64,000 nt of DNA from positions 2,526-66,525 of the forward strand of contig JBFYWB010000054.1 of assembly GCA_041299015.1 (NCBI GenBank), read 5' to 3'. The translations under genes and the position numbers were made by a program. The notes beneath the pieces are model-generated. The model had not been told where the DNA came from. It worked only from the letters and a program-made list of their open reading frames with translations, and ran no database searches. The DNA comes from Deltaproteobacteria bacterium. GTDB taxonomy: Bacteria; Desulfobacterota; Desulfobacteria; Desulfobacterales; SG8-13. Positions 18,515 to 26,144 of this stretch are shown here, piece after piece. The number at the start of each line of letters is the position of its first letter. The stretch's first letter is position 1.

Positions 18515-18753
18515 TAGCGATTGACAACACCTGGCCTTGTGACCTGGCCCCTGCCAATAAATAGACGAAAAAACGGCGGGCGGGCGATGTCTTCGCTCAC
18601 CGCTTATGTTTTCTCGCCCGGATTCCGCTGCTGGTTCGGAGCGGTAGACAATGTTCGATAGCTGTGCAAGCGCGACTGTCGGCGGCATGGGTTGCCAAGC
18701 GGTATTCGCGTACAGGTCCCCAATCGATCCACTCAGACAAAGGAGAACCGGGA

Positions 18754-20124
18754 ATGCATCCGAACCCATCATTTTTTCAACCTACCGTTGCCAATAATTC
18801 ACCGGATACCATACAGGGGAAGGAAGATGAGGAACCTCCGGGTAGTCAGGCAGCGGCTTCCGAGCCGACTGCCAGCTGCGGTGTGCGGCGACTTGCCCAC
18901 CCTAATGACGCGGCCATCGTCCTCAGATTCCCCCCCGATCGTATCGCCCGTACTTCTTTAAAAACGCGCGCTTTCCGGCGCAAATTTTTTCCCGGTGTTC
19001 CCGACAAGAACTGGAATGATTGGCAATGGCAGATCAGAAACCGGATCCGTCATTACGGCCAGCTTCAGATGATGCTGGATCTCTCTGCTCCGGAAAAAGG
19101 CGTCAGTGGCCATATCGGCCCCAAACTGCCCATGGGCATTACGCCATACTACATGAGTCTTTTGTCTGTTGACGATGCCGCCCAGCCTTTGCGGCGCACG
19201 GTGGTGCCGACGACAAGCGAGTTCGTCAAGTCGCCCGGTGAGGCGGAGGACCCACTCGGAGAAGAAAACCAGAGCCCGGTACCGGGATTGGTTCACCGAT
19301 ACCCCGACCGGGTCCTTTTGTTGGTACACGATTTTTGTTCCACCTATTGCCGCTACTGTACGCGGTCCCGAGTCGTGGGGCACGGGGCCATTCTCCCGAG
19401 CCGGTCGCGTCTCGAACAGGCGATCGATTATGTCCGTGCGACACCGTCCGTTCGTGATGTACTGGTGTCCGGCGGCGACCCGTTGACCCTCAATGACGAC
19501 CGTTTGGAGTGGATTCTGGCGCGTCTGCGTCGGATTTCCCATGTTGAGATCGTACGGATCGGAACCAAGATTCCCGCCGTTTTACCGCAGCGGGTCACCG
19601 GTCGCTTGGTGCGGATGCTGCGGAAGTATCACCCCCTCTGGATGAGCCTGCACTTTACCCATCCGGATGAGTGCACGCCGGAGGCCACCCGGGCCTGTGG
19701 AATGCTGGCCGATGCCGGTATTCCCCTGGGGTCGCAAACGGTTCTGCTCAAGGGGGTAAACGATACGGTAGACACCATGAAGTCGCTCTGCCACAATCTC
19801 ATGCGCATGCGCGTGCGGCCTTACTACCTCTACCAGTGCGACCCCATAACGGGTTCGGGTCATTTCCGCACATCGATTGCGCAGGGCTTGGAGGTCATTC
19901 GGGGTCTGAGAGGGTTTACCAGTGGGTATGCCGTGCCGACCTATGTCGTGGATGCGCCGGGCGGCGGCGGCAAGGTTCCGCTGATGCCCGATTACCTCGC
20001 CGGCCGTGAAGAATCCGATCTTTTGCTGCGCAACTATGAAGATCGGTTGTTCCGTTATCCGGATTGCCGGGGCGCCGATATCCAAACCGGCGCTTCTGCC
20101 CATCTGTCGGAATCCATACCATAA
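18754..20124 (+). CDS. kamA: Lysine 2,3-aminomutase (KamA family radical SAM/PLP enzyme)
   Basis: CSTYCRYCTRSR (CxxxCxxC), WNDWQWQIRNRI, VSGGDPL and PYYLYQCD. ATG at 18754 has AAAGGAGA upstream. A low-complexity extension of about 70 aa precedes the conserved core. Confidence 0.9.
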   Translation: MHPNPSFFQPTVANNSPDTIQGKEDEEPPGSQAAASEPTASCGVRRLAHPNDAAIVLRFPPDRIARTSLKTRAFRRKFFPGVPDKNWNDWQWQIRNRIRHYGQLQMMLDLSAPEKGVSGHIGPKLPMGITPYYMSLLSVDDAAQPLRRTVVPTTSEFVKSPGEAEDPLGEENQSPVPGLVHRYPDRVLLLVHDFCSTYCRYCTRSRVVGHGAILPSRSRLEQAIDYVRATPSVRDVLVSGGDPLTLNDDRLEWILARLRRISHVEIVRIGTKIPAVLPQRVTGRLVRMLRKYHPLWMSLHFTHPDECTPEATRACGMLADAGIPLGSQTVLLKGVNDTVDTMKSLCHNLMRMRVRPYYLYQCDPITGSGHFRTSIAQGLEVIRGLRGFTSGYAVPTYVVDAPGGGGKVPLMPDYLAGREESDLLLRNYEDRLFRYPDCRGADIQTGASAHLSESIP

Positions 20125-20273
20125 AGCTTACATTTATCCAGGTTATAGAATCAACGGGTTTCCGGTATGTGAAATGGTTCCGGAAACCCGCAAGGTTTTT
20201 CACCGGGCCGAATTTTGCCGGTGCGGAGAAGACATTCTCATTGAGGAGAACCATCCAAAACAGGCAGTTGACC

Positions 20274-21287
20274 ATGAAAATCGGACTTACCTACGACTTG
20301 CGCTCGGAGTACCTGGCTGCCGGGTTTAGTGAGGAGGAAACGGCCGAATTCGACCGTGACGATACCGTGGCCGCTATCGAAAAGGCCCTCCAGTCCCTGG
20401 GCCATTCAACCGACCGTATCGGTAGTGTGCGCAGCCTGTTCGGACGTCTTTCCAGCGGCGATCGGTGGGACCTTGTTTTCAACATTGCCGAGGGTCTCAA
20501 CGGCATCGGCCGGGAGGCCCAAGTGCCGGCGGCGTTGGATGTTTACGGTATTCCCTACACTTTTTCGGACCCCCTGGTGATGGCGCTGACCCTGCACAAG
20601 GGTATGACGAAGCGGGTTGTGCGCGATGCCGGCGTCCCGACAGCGGATTTTGGGGTGGTAAGATTCCGCAGCGAGGCAGAGCAGTTCTCCTTTCCGCCGC
20701 CGTATTTTATCAAACCATTGGCCGAAGGGACCGGTAAAGGGGTTTCACCGCAATCGATCGTTCGACGCTCGGAAGATCTTGCCAACGCCTGTGAGGCGCT
20801 GATCGCCGCCTTTCGTCAACCGGTTCTGGTCGAACGCTTTCTGCCGGGCAGAGAGTTTACGGTCGGTATCGTGGGTACCGGTGACCAGGCCAGGGTGATC
20901 GGCACCATCGAAGTGCATCTGCTGGCCGGCGCCGAACCCGAGGTCTACTCTTATGTCAACAAGGAACGTTACGAAGAACTGGTTGAATACCGGCTCGGTC
21001 GCCCGGATGACGATCCACCGGTGAAGGCGGCCGAAATTATCGCGTTGCGGGCCTGGCAGGTGCTCGAATGCCGCGATGCCGGCCGGATCGATCTGCGCTG
21101 CGATGAGAGGGGGCGGCCGCATTTCATGGAGGTTAACCCGCTGGCCGGTTTACACCCTTTTCATTCGGACCTTCCGATCATCTGCAACCACATCGGCATG
21201 CCCTATCAGGATCTGATCCGGGAAATCGTGGATTCCGCAGCAAAACGGATCCGGTCCCGTTGCGACTGCAAAGGAGCGATCGGCTGA
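20274..21287 (+). CDS. ATP-grasp ligase, D-alanine--D-alanine ligase-like (1 of 2)
   Basis: 337 aa. MKIGLTYDLRSEY ... an N-terminal pre-ATP-grasp domain, then FIKPLAEGTGKGV, REFTVGIVG, GRIDLRCDERGRPHFMEVNPLAGL. Confidence 0.8.
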   Translation: MKIGLTYDLRSEYLAAGFSEEETAEFDRDDTVAAIEKALQSLGHSTDRIGSVRSLFGRLSSGDRWDLVFNIAEGLNGIGREAQVPAALDVYGIPYTFSDPLVMALTLHKGMTKRVVRDAGVPTADFGVVRFRSEAEQFSFPPPYFIKPLAEGTGKGVSPQSIVRRSEDLANACEALIAAFRQPVLVERFLPGREFTVGIVGTGDQARVIGTIEVHLLAGAEPEVYSYVNKERYEELVEYRLGRPDDDPPVKAAEIIALRAWQVLECRDAGRIDLRCDERGRPHFMEVNPLAGLHPFHSDLPIICNHIGMPYQDLIREIVDSAAKRIRSRCDCKGAIG

Positions 21288-21288
21288 T

Positions 21289-22347
21289 ATGCGTGTGGCC
21301 GTCGTACACAACGCTGTAACCGATGACAGCGCCCCCGATGAACGCGACGTGCTCGTTCAGGCCGAGGCCATACACAACGCCCTCGACCTCTTGGCGCATC
21401 AGAGTTGCGTTGTTCCCTGTTCATTGGACCTCGAACGCGTCAAAGATCGGTTGGAACAGTTTCGACCGGAGATCGTCTTCAACCTGGTGGAGTCACTCGA
21501 TGGACAAGGGCGCCTGGCCCATTTGTTTCCCGCGCTGCTCGACGCGATGGCGGTTCCCTACACCGGTTCACCGACCTTGACGCTGATGGTGAGCACCCAT
21601 AAGATCATGGCCAAAGAAATCCTGGCAGGTTTCGGACTGCGGACGCCGACCTGGCTCGACCCCTTTCCGCCGGAACCATTGCGCCTGGCGCCTGCCGGTT
21701 CGTTGCGCCGGGGACGTTCGGAAAACGATCTCTGGATTGTCAAATCGGTGTGGGAGCATGCCTCTTTCGGTATGGAAGAAGACGCTCTGGTGACCGACGT
21801 CACCGAAGCGGAGATCGAGACGATCATAAAAGACCGGGCGCCCCGTCTCGGCGGGGCTTGTTTTGCCGAGGCTTACATAGACGGGCGTGAATTCAATTTG
21901 GCCGTGCTGGCCGGCCCAGATGGGCCCGAAGTCCTGCCGCCGGCCGAAATCATCTTCGAAGGCTATGACGACCGCAAACCTCGGATTGTCGGTTACCGTG
22001 CCAAATGGGCCCAGGATTCTTACGAATACCTTCACACCCCCCGACGGTTTGATTTTCCACCTGCGGATGACGGGCTGTTGACACGGCTCAAGGCTAATGC
22101 GGTCGCCTGTTGGCGAATTTTCGGGCTGGGCGGTTATGCGCGAGTCGATTTTCGAGTTGATGACTACGGCACGCCTTGGATCCTGGAGGTCAATACCAAC
22201 CCTTGCCTGTCGCCGGATGCCGGTTTTGCTGCCGCTCTGGCCCAAGCCGGTTTGTCTTACCCGGCTGCCGTGGAGAGGATCCTTGAAGACGGGTTGCGGG
22301 ACGACCCGCATGCGTGGGATAGGCGTCACCGTTTCGAGGGAGCTTGA
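21289..22347 (+). CDS. ATP-grasp ligase, D-alanine--D-alanine ligase-like (2 of 2)
   Basis: 352 aa. MRVAVVHNAV ..., WIVKSVWEHASFGM, REFNLAVL, ARVDFRVDDYGTPWILEVNTNPCLS. It starts 2 nt after the upstream stop. Confidence 0.8.
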   Translation: MRVAVVHNAVTDDSAPDERDVLVQAEAIHNALDLLAHQSCVVPCSLDLERVKDRLEQFRPEIVFNLVESLDGQGRLAHLFPALLDAMAVPYTGSPTLTLMVSTHKIMAKEILAGFGLRTPTWLDPFPPEPLRLAPAGSLRRGRSENDLWIVKSVWEHASFGMEEDALVTDVTEAEIETIIKDRAPRLGGACFAEAYIDGREFNLAVLAGPDGPEVLPPAEIIFEGYDDRKPRIVGYRAKWAQDSYEYLHTPRRFDFPPADDGLLTRLKANAVACWRIFGLGGYARVDFRVDDYGTPWILEVNTNPCLSPDAGFAAALAQAGLSYPAAVERILEDGLRDDPHAWDRRHRFEGA

Positions 22348-22352
22348 AACCG

Positions 22353-24605
22353 ATGCTGCGCATTCGCCGGATTTTTGATGACGTTCTGCCGGCCAACCGG
22401 GAGACCCTGGAACAGGTTAAGGCCATCCTGCGCGATCGCTTCAACAAGCTTCCCGAAGAAGAAATCGAGCAGATCGGCGAAAAACTGCGCAATCCGTTCA
22501 AACAGCGTTTTCGTCCCATCCTTTTCGTCGCCAAGACCCTGCGCAGCCGCGTGAAGGGGTTCGCGATGCTGCTGCACGAACCGGTAATCGGCTTCTGCTT
22601 TCTCGACTGGATCGCAACCGCCACCGGCAGAACCGGCGGCGGGTTGGGCGGTGCCCTTTACGACCGGGTCCGACGGGAGTCGGTGGCATTGGGCGTGGGG
22701 GGTCTGTTCTTCGAGTGTCTGCCGGACGATGCCGAAAACTGTTCCGACGAGGCCCTGTTGAGGGAAAACCGTGTCCGCCTTAGATTTTACGAGCAGTACG
22801 GCGCCCGGCCGATCATTCACACCGGCTATGAACTTCCGGTGAATCCGGGTGACAGCTGTATGCCCCACCTGGTATATGATGCCCTGGACGCCGACAAACC
22901 GCTGCGCCGCGTATTTGTGCGCAAAGTGGTGCAGGCCATCCTGGAACGAAAATACAGCCGGTACTGCCCGGCCGAATACGTCGAGAAAGTGGTGGCTTCC
23001 TTTCGAGAAGACCCGGTCGCGCTGCGCGACTTTCGCTATGTCAAACCGCAGGCCGTCAAGACGACGGTGGATGATCGCTCCATCGAACAGATCGCCCTGA
23101 TTGTCAATGACCGCCACCAGATCCACCACATGCATGAGCGCGGATACGTGGAGTCGCCCGTCAGAGTGAGCAGCATTCTGGCGGAGATCGAGAAAAACGG
23201 CCTCTTTGCCCGACTCAAACCGCGCACCTTTCCGGACAAAAACATCTACGGCGTTCACGACGCCGATTTCGTCAGTTATCTGCGGCATGCCTCTGCCGAT
23301 GTGCCCGAAGGCAAATCCCTTTATCCCTATGTTTTCCCGGTTCGCAACAAGACGCGTCCGCCAAAGGAACCCGCTGTTCTCTCAGGGTACTACTGCATCG
23401 ATACCTTCACCCCCATCAACCGCAACGCTTATCCGGCGGCCCGACGCGGAGTGGACTGCGCCCTGACCGCCGCCCGTGAAATTCTGGACGGCCGGCGCCT
23501 GGCCTACGCCCTGGTGCGCCCTCCGGGGCACCATGCCGAACGGCGGGTTTTCGGCGGGTTCTGTTATCTCAACAACAACGCCATTGCGGCCCAGTATCTG
23601 TGCGCGCACGGAAAAGTCGCCATTCTCGACATTGACTATCATCACGGCAACGGTCAGCAGGATATTTTTTACCGCCGGTCCGATGTTCTGACCGTCTCGA
23701 TCCACGGCCACCCCAGATTTGCCTACCCCTATTTTAGCGGTTTCGAAGACGAGCGCGGTGAAGGTGAAGGTGAGGGGTTCAATCTGAACCTTCCGTTGCC
23801 GGAAAATCTGGAAGGCGAAAAATACCGTAGGGCGCTGACCAAGGCGCTGAATCGAATCGAAGAGTTCAGTCCTCAATTTCTCCTGGTGGCGCTGGGGTTG
23901 GACACCGCCAAGGGCGACCCGACCGGCACCTGGTCCCTGAAGGCCAAAGACTTTGAAGAAAACGGACGTCTGATCGGAACTCTCGGGTTGCCGACGGTGG
24001 TCATTCAGGAAGGCGGCTACCGCACCCGCACTCTCGGCCAGAATGCCCGCAACTTTTTCGTTGGACTTGTTAAGACCCATATGAAATCGGGCCGCGGCCG
24101 CCAGCAAACGAAAGTCCGGCTGCACGGTGTTGTGTTTCGCTATGAGCTGCAGCCGCTGGACCCTGAAAGAATCCGCCGCTTAACGGAAATAACCGGGTTT
24201 TTTACGCCCGCCGAAGTAAAGGTGGCGGTCGAACTCGCCAATGAACGCTTGACCAAGGGCTTACCAAGCGGGTACCACTTCATCATGGCGGAGCACTACG
24301 GACGCCTGGCCGGTTATGCCTGTTATGGGCCGATTGCCTGTACTGCGTCGAGCTATGATGTTTACTGGATAGCGGTCCATCCGGACTATCAGGGCAAGGG
24401 CCTGGGACGCAGGATTTTGAAGGAGAGCGAACGCCTGATAATCGAGAGCGGTGGTACGCGCATTTACGTCGAAACATCCCAGCGGGCGCAATACGCCAGT
24501 ACCCGTGCGTTTTACGAAAGTTGCGGATATCGACTGGAGAGCGTGCTGACGGACTTCTATGCGCCCGGCGATGGAAAAGTGGTTTACTGCAAATCGTTGA
24601 CTTGA
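22353..24605 (+). CDS. Tri-domain protein: N-terminal GNAT-like, histone-deacetylase-family (Zn amidohydrolase), C-terminal GNAT acetyltransferase
   Basis: HDAC core: RPPGHHAERRVFGGFCYLNNNAIAA ... ILDIDYHHGNGQQDIFY ... GLDTAKGDP. C-terminal GNAT: VYWIAVHPDYQGKGLGRRILKESERL. The N-terminal 170 aa contain TGRTGGGLGGALYDRV (GNAT motif A-like). Confidence 0.85.
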   Translation: MLRIRRIFDDVLPANRETLEQVKAILRDRFNKLPEEEIEQIGEKLRNPFKQRFRPILFVAKTLRSRVKGFAMLLHEPVIGFCFLDWIATATGRTGGGLGGALYDRVRRESVALGVGGLFFECLPDDAENCSDEALLRENRVRLRFYEQYGARPIIHTGYELPVNPGDSCMPHLVYDALDADKPLRRVFVRKVVQAILERKYSRYCPAEYVEKVVASFREDPVALRDFRYVKPQAVKTTVDDRSIEQIALIVNDRHQIHHMHERGYVESPVRVSSILAEIEKNGLFARLKPRTFPDKNIYGVHDADFVSYLRHASADVPEGKSLYPYVFPVRNKTRPPKEPAVLSGYYCIDTFTPINRNAYPAARRGVDCALTAAREILDGRRLAYALVRPPGHHAERRVFGGFCYLNNNAIAAQYLCAHGKVAILDIDYHHGNGQQDIFYRRSDVLTVSIHGHPRFAYPYFSGFEDERGEGEGEGFNLNLPLPENLEGEKYRRALTKALNRIEEFSPQFLLVALGLDTAKGDPTGTWSLKAKDFEENGRLIGTLGLPTVVIQEGGYRTRTLGQNARNFFVGLVKTHMKSGRGRQQTKVRLHGVVFRYELQPLDPERIRRLTEITGFFTPAEVKVAVELANERLTKGLPSGYHFIMAEHYGRLAGYACYGPIACTASSYDVYWIAVHPDYQGKGLGRRILKESERLIIESGGTRIYVETSQRAQYASTRAFYESCGYRLESVLTDFYAPGDGKVVYCKSLT

Positions 24606-24954
24606 TGTTGAAAGAATCTGCCCGCGCCAAGACCGCAGCCACAGGCTTTCCCGGTATGCCACCTTGAAACTGGTCCGGCTGACCTTGAGCGCATGGCTAC
24701 TCGACAAGACTTCAAAACACCAGTTGGTATTCGGTTCTTGTGCCGGAGGCGCGAAGGTTGGCGGATGTGCCGACTTTCGCGCTTCCGTTCTGTGTTTATG
24801 TTTCGATTTTTTCGTTCACCTTACCGAAGACGACCCGATTGCGCGACACCGGATGAAAGGTTTTGAGTCCCTGCAGATGCCGTCGGCGATGGCGCCTCCG
24901 GGCCGGCAGATCCGGTCATAACGGAGCGAAAATCACCGATGCCGGGCCCTGTTC

Positions 24955-24984
24955 TTGACATTGCCGGCCCGTTTTTCCTATACT
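24955..24984 (+). promoter_or_regulatory. Sigma-70 promoter (TTGACA-18-TATACT)
   Basis: TTGACAttgccggcccgtttttccTATACT, 67 nt upstream of the ATG at 25051. Confidence 0.55.
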
Positions 24985-25050
24985 CCCGGAAAAATCGGAA
25001 GTGCTCTTGGGAGCTTTTTTATCTGTTTATCGGTGACAAGGAGGAAAACG

Positions 25051-25719
25051 ATGCTAAAACTCGGAGAGAAAGGCGCCATTCCCCAACGCGACAACGAAAC
25101 ATTTGCCATTGCGCCGCACATTCCCTGCGGGTTGGTAACACCTGAACTGTTGCGGCGCATAGCGGATACAGCCGAAAAGTTCAGTGCGCAGGCGATCAAG
25201 ATTACCGGAGCGACCCGCATTGCGATCGTGGGCCTCAAGGAAGAGGATATCGACGCCGTATGGGACGCTCTGCGCCTCGACAAGGGCGCTGCCGTGGGGT
25301 TGTGTGTTCGCAGCGTGAGAACCTGTCCCGGAAACACCTATTGCAAGCTGGGCCAGCAGGATGCCATTAAATTGGGATTGAAACTGGACGAGATCTATCA
25401 TGGCATGGAGTTGCCGGGTAAATTCAAGATGGCCGTGTCCGGCTGTCATCTGAGCTGTTCAGAGTCATGGGTGCGCGACATCGGCCTTATCGGAAAAAAG
25501 GATGGCTGGGTTCTGGTTATCGGGGGAAACGTCGGTGCAAACCCGCGGATCGCACAGGAGTGTGCTGGCGGTCTCGATGACGATGCGGCGCTGGCGGCAA
25601 TCGACAAGGTGGTCGGCTACTACCGGGAAAACGCCCAAAAAGGGGAGCGCCTGGGAAAGATGCTCGACCGCGTCGGACTGGAGGCCCTCCAGAAGCTGGT
25701 TGCAATTGCGTCGCAATAG
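25051..25719 (+). CDS. Small nitrite/sulfite reductase-family protein (assimilatory-type low-molecular-weight sulfite reductase-like, siroheme/4Fe-4S)
   Basis: 222 aa from an ATG with AAGGAGG upstream. Cys cluster CPGNTYC ... CHLSC (Cx5C ... Cx3C) and a NIR_SIR ferredoxin-like half domain. Confidence 0.75.
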   Translation: MLKLGEKGAIPQRDNETFAIAPHIPCGLVTPELLRRIADTAEKFSAQAIKITGATRIAIVGLKEEDIDAVWDALRLDKGAAVGLCVRSVRTCPGNTYCKLGQQDAIKLGLKLDEIYHGMELPGKFKMAVSGCHLSCSESWVRDIGLIGKKDGWVLVIGGNVGANPRIAQECAGGLDDDAALAAIDKVVGYYRENAQKGERLGKMLDRVGLEALQKLVAIASQ

Positions 25720-25759
25720 AGCGCGAGGATGCGGATAAGGCGTTGGTCAGGGAAGGCCC

Positions 25760-25788
25760 GAGGGCAAACTATCTTCCGCCCTTTTTTT
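25760..25788 (+). terminator. Intrinsic terminator after the sulfite reductase-like gene
   Basis: GAGGGC-aaactatcttcc-GCCCTT followed by a T-run. Confidence 0.5.
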
Positions 25789-25817
25789 CAAGGGGAGTCC
25801 AAGAAGCGAAATAATGC

Positions 25818-25847
25818 TTGACAGGCAACGGCCGGTTGCCGCATCAT
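25818..25847 (+). promoter_or_regulatory. Possible promoter with an embedded perfect palindrome
   Basis: TTGACA-ggcaacggccggttgccg-CATCAT. The spacer contains GGCAAC-ggccg-GTTGCC. The -10 is weak. Confidence 0.3.
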
Positions 25848-25875
25848 CCGGCCCTGAACAGATGATAAAAAGGCA

Positions 25876-25959
25876 ATGCCAATGAAACCACTTCAGACAG
25901 CGACGATCGGCTGCGGATGCTTGTTTTTTTGCTTTAGAAGCGTCCATCCGGCTGAATGA
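25876..25959 (+). CDS. Candidate leader peptide (27 aa) with a Phe-codon cluster
   Basis: MPMKPLQTATIGCGCLFFCFRSVHPAE. It has three TTT codons within four codons (25924-25935). Its last codons overlap an antiterminator arm. The SD is weak. Confidence 0.3.
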   Translation: MPMKPLQTATIGCGCLFFCFRSVHPAE

Positions 25960-25971
25960 CGCAGTTCATTG

Positions 25972-26020
25972 AACCGCCCCGGATGGACCGCGACGCAGTC
26001 CATCCGGGGCGGTTTTTTTT
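25972..26020 (+). terminator. Strong intrinsic terminator (17-bp perfect stem plus T-run of 8)
   Basis: AACCGCCCCGGATGGAC-cgcgacgca-GTCCATCCGGGGCGGTT-TTTTTT. Confidence 0.8.
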
Positions 26021-26023
26021 AAG

Positions 26024-26049
26024 CCCCGGAAATCTGCCGGGGTTTTTTT
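26024..26049 (+). terminator. Second tandem intrinsic terminator
   Basis: CCCCGG-aaatctg-CCGGGG-TTTTTTT. Confidence 0.7.
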
Positions 26050-26144
26050 ATGGGCTTCGTGAGTGCCGCAAGGCCGGGTCACGGATCGTGACACCCGTCA
26101 TGGCGCCCGAGACTGACCTGAATAACCGCGCAAGGGAAAAAACG

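Noticed and set aside
18515-18753. Lysine (L-box) riboswitch in the 230-nt leader of kamA
   Set aside because: None of the L-box core elements is recognisable (AGAGGCGC, the GGGA/AAAGG junctions, the terminal UGGAGAGCU-like strand). Only generic small hairpins are present.
25956-26144. N-terminal extensions of track ORFs. Examples are 25956 vs 26145, 20064 vs 20274, 28042 vs 28219, 18664 vs 18754, 42193 vs 42283, 24955 vs 25051, 45558 vs 45618 and 57013 vs 57088.
   Set aside because: The extensions run through terminators, promoters or upstream genes and lack an RBS. Internal ATGs with good SD sequences coincide with the start of family homology.
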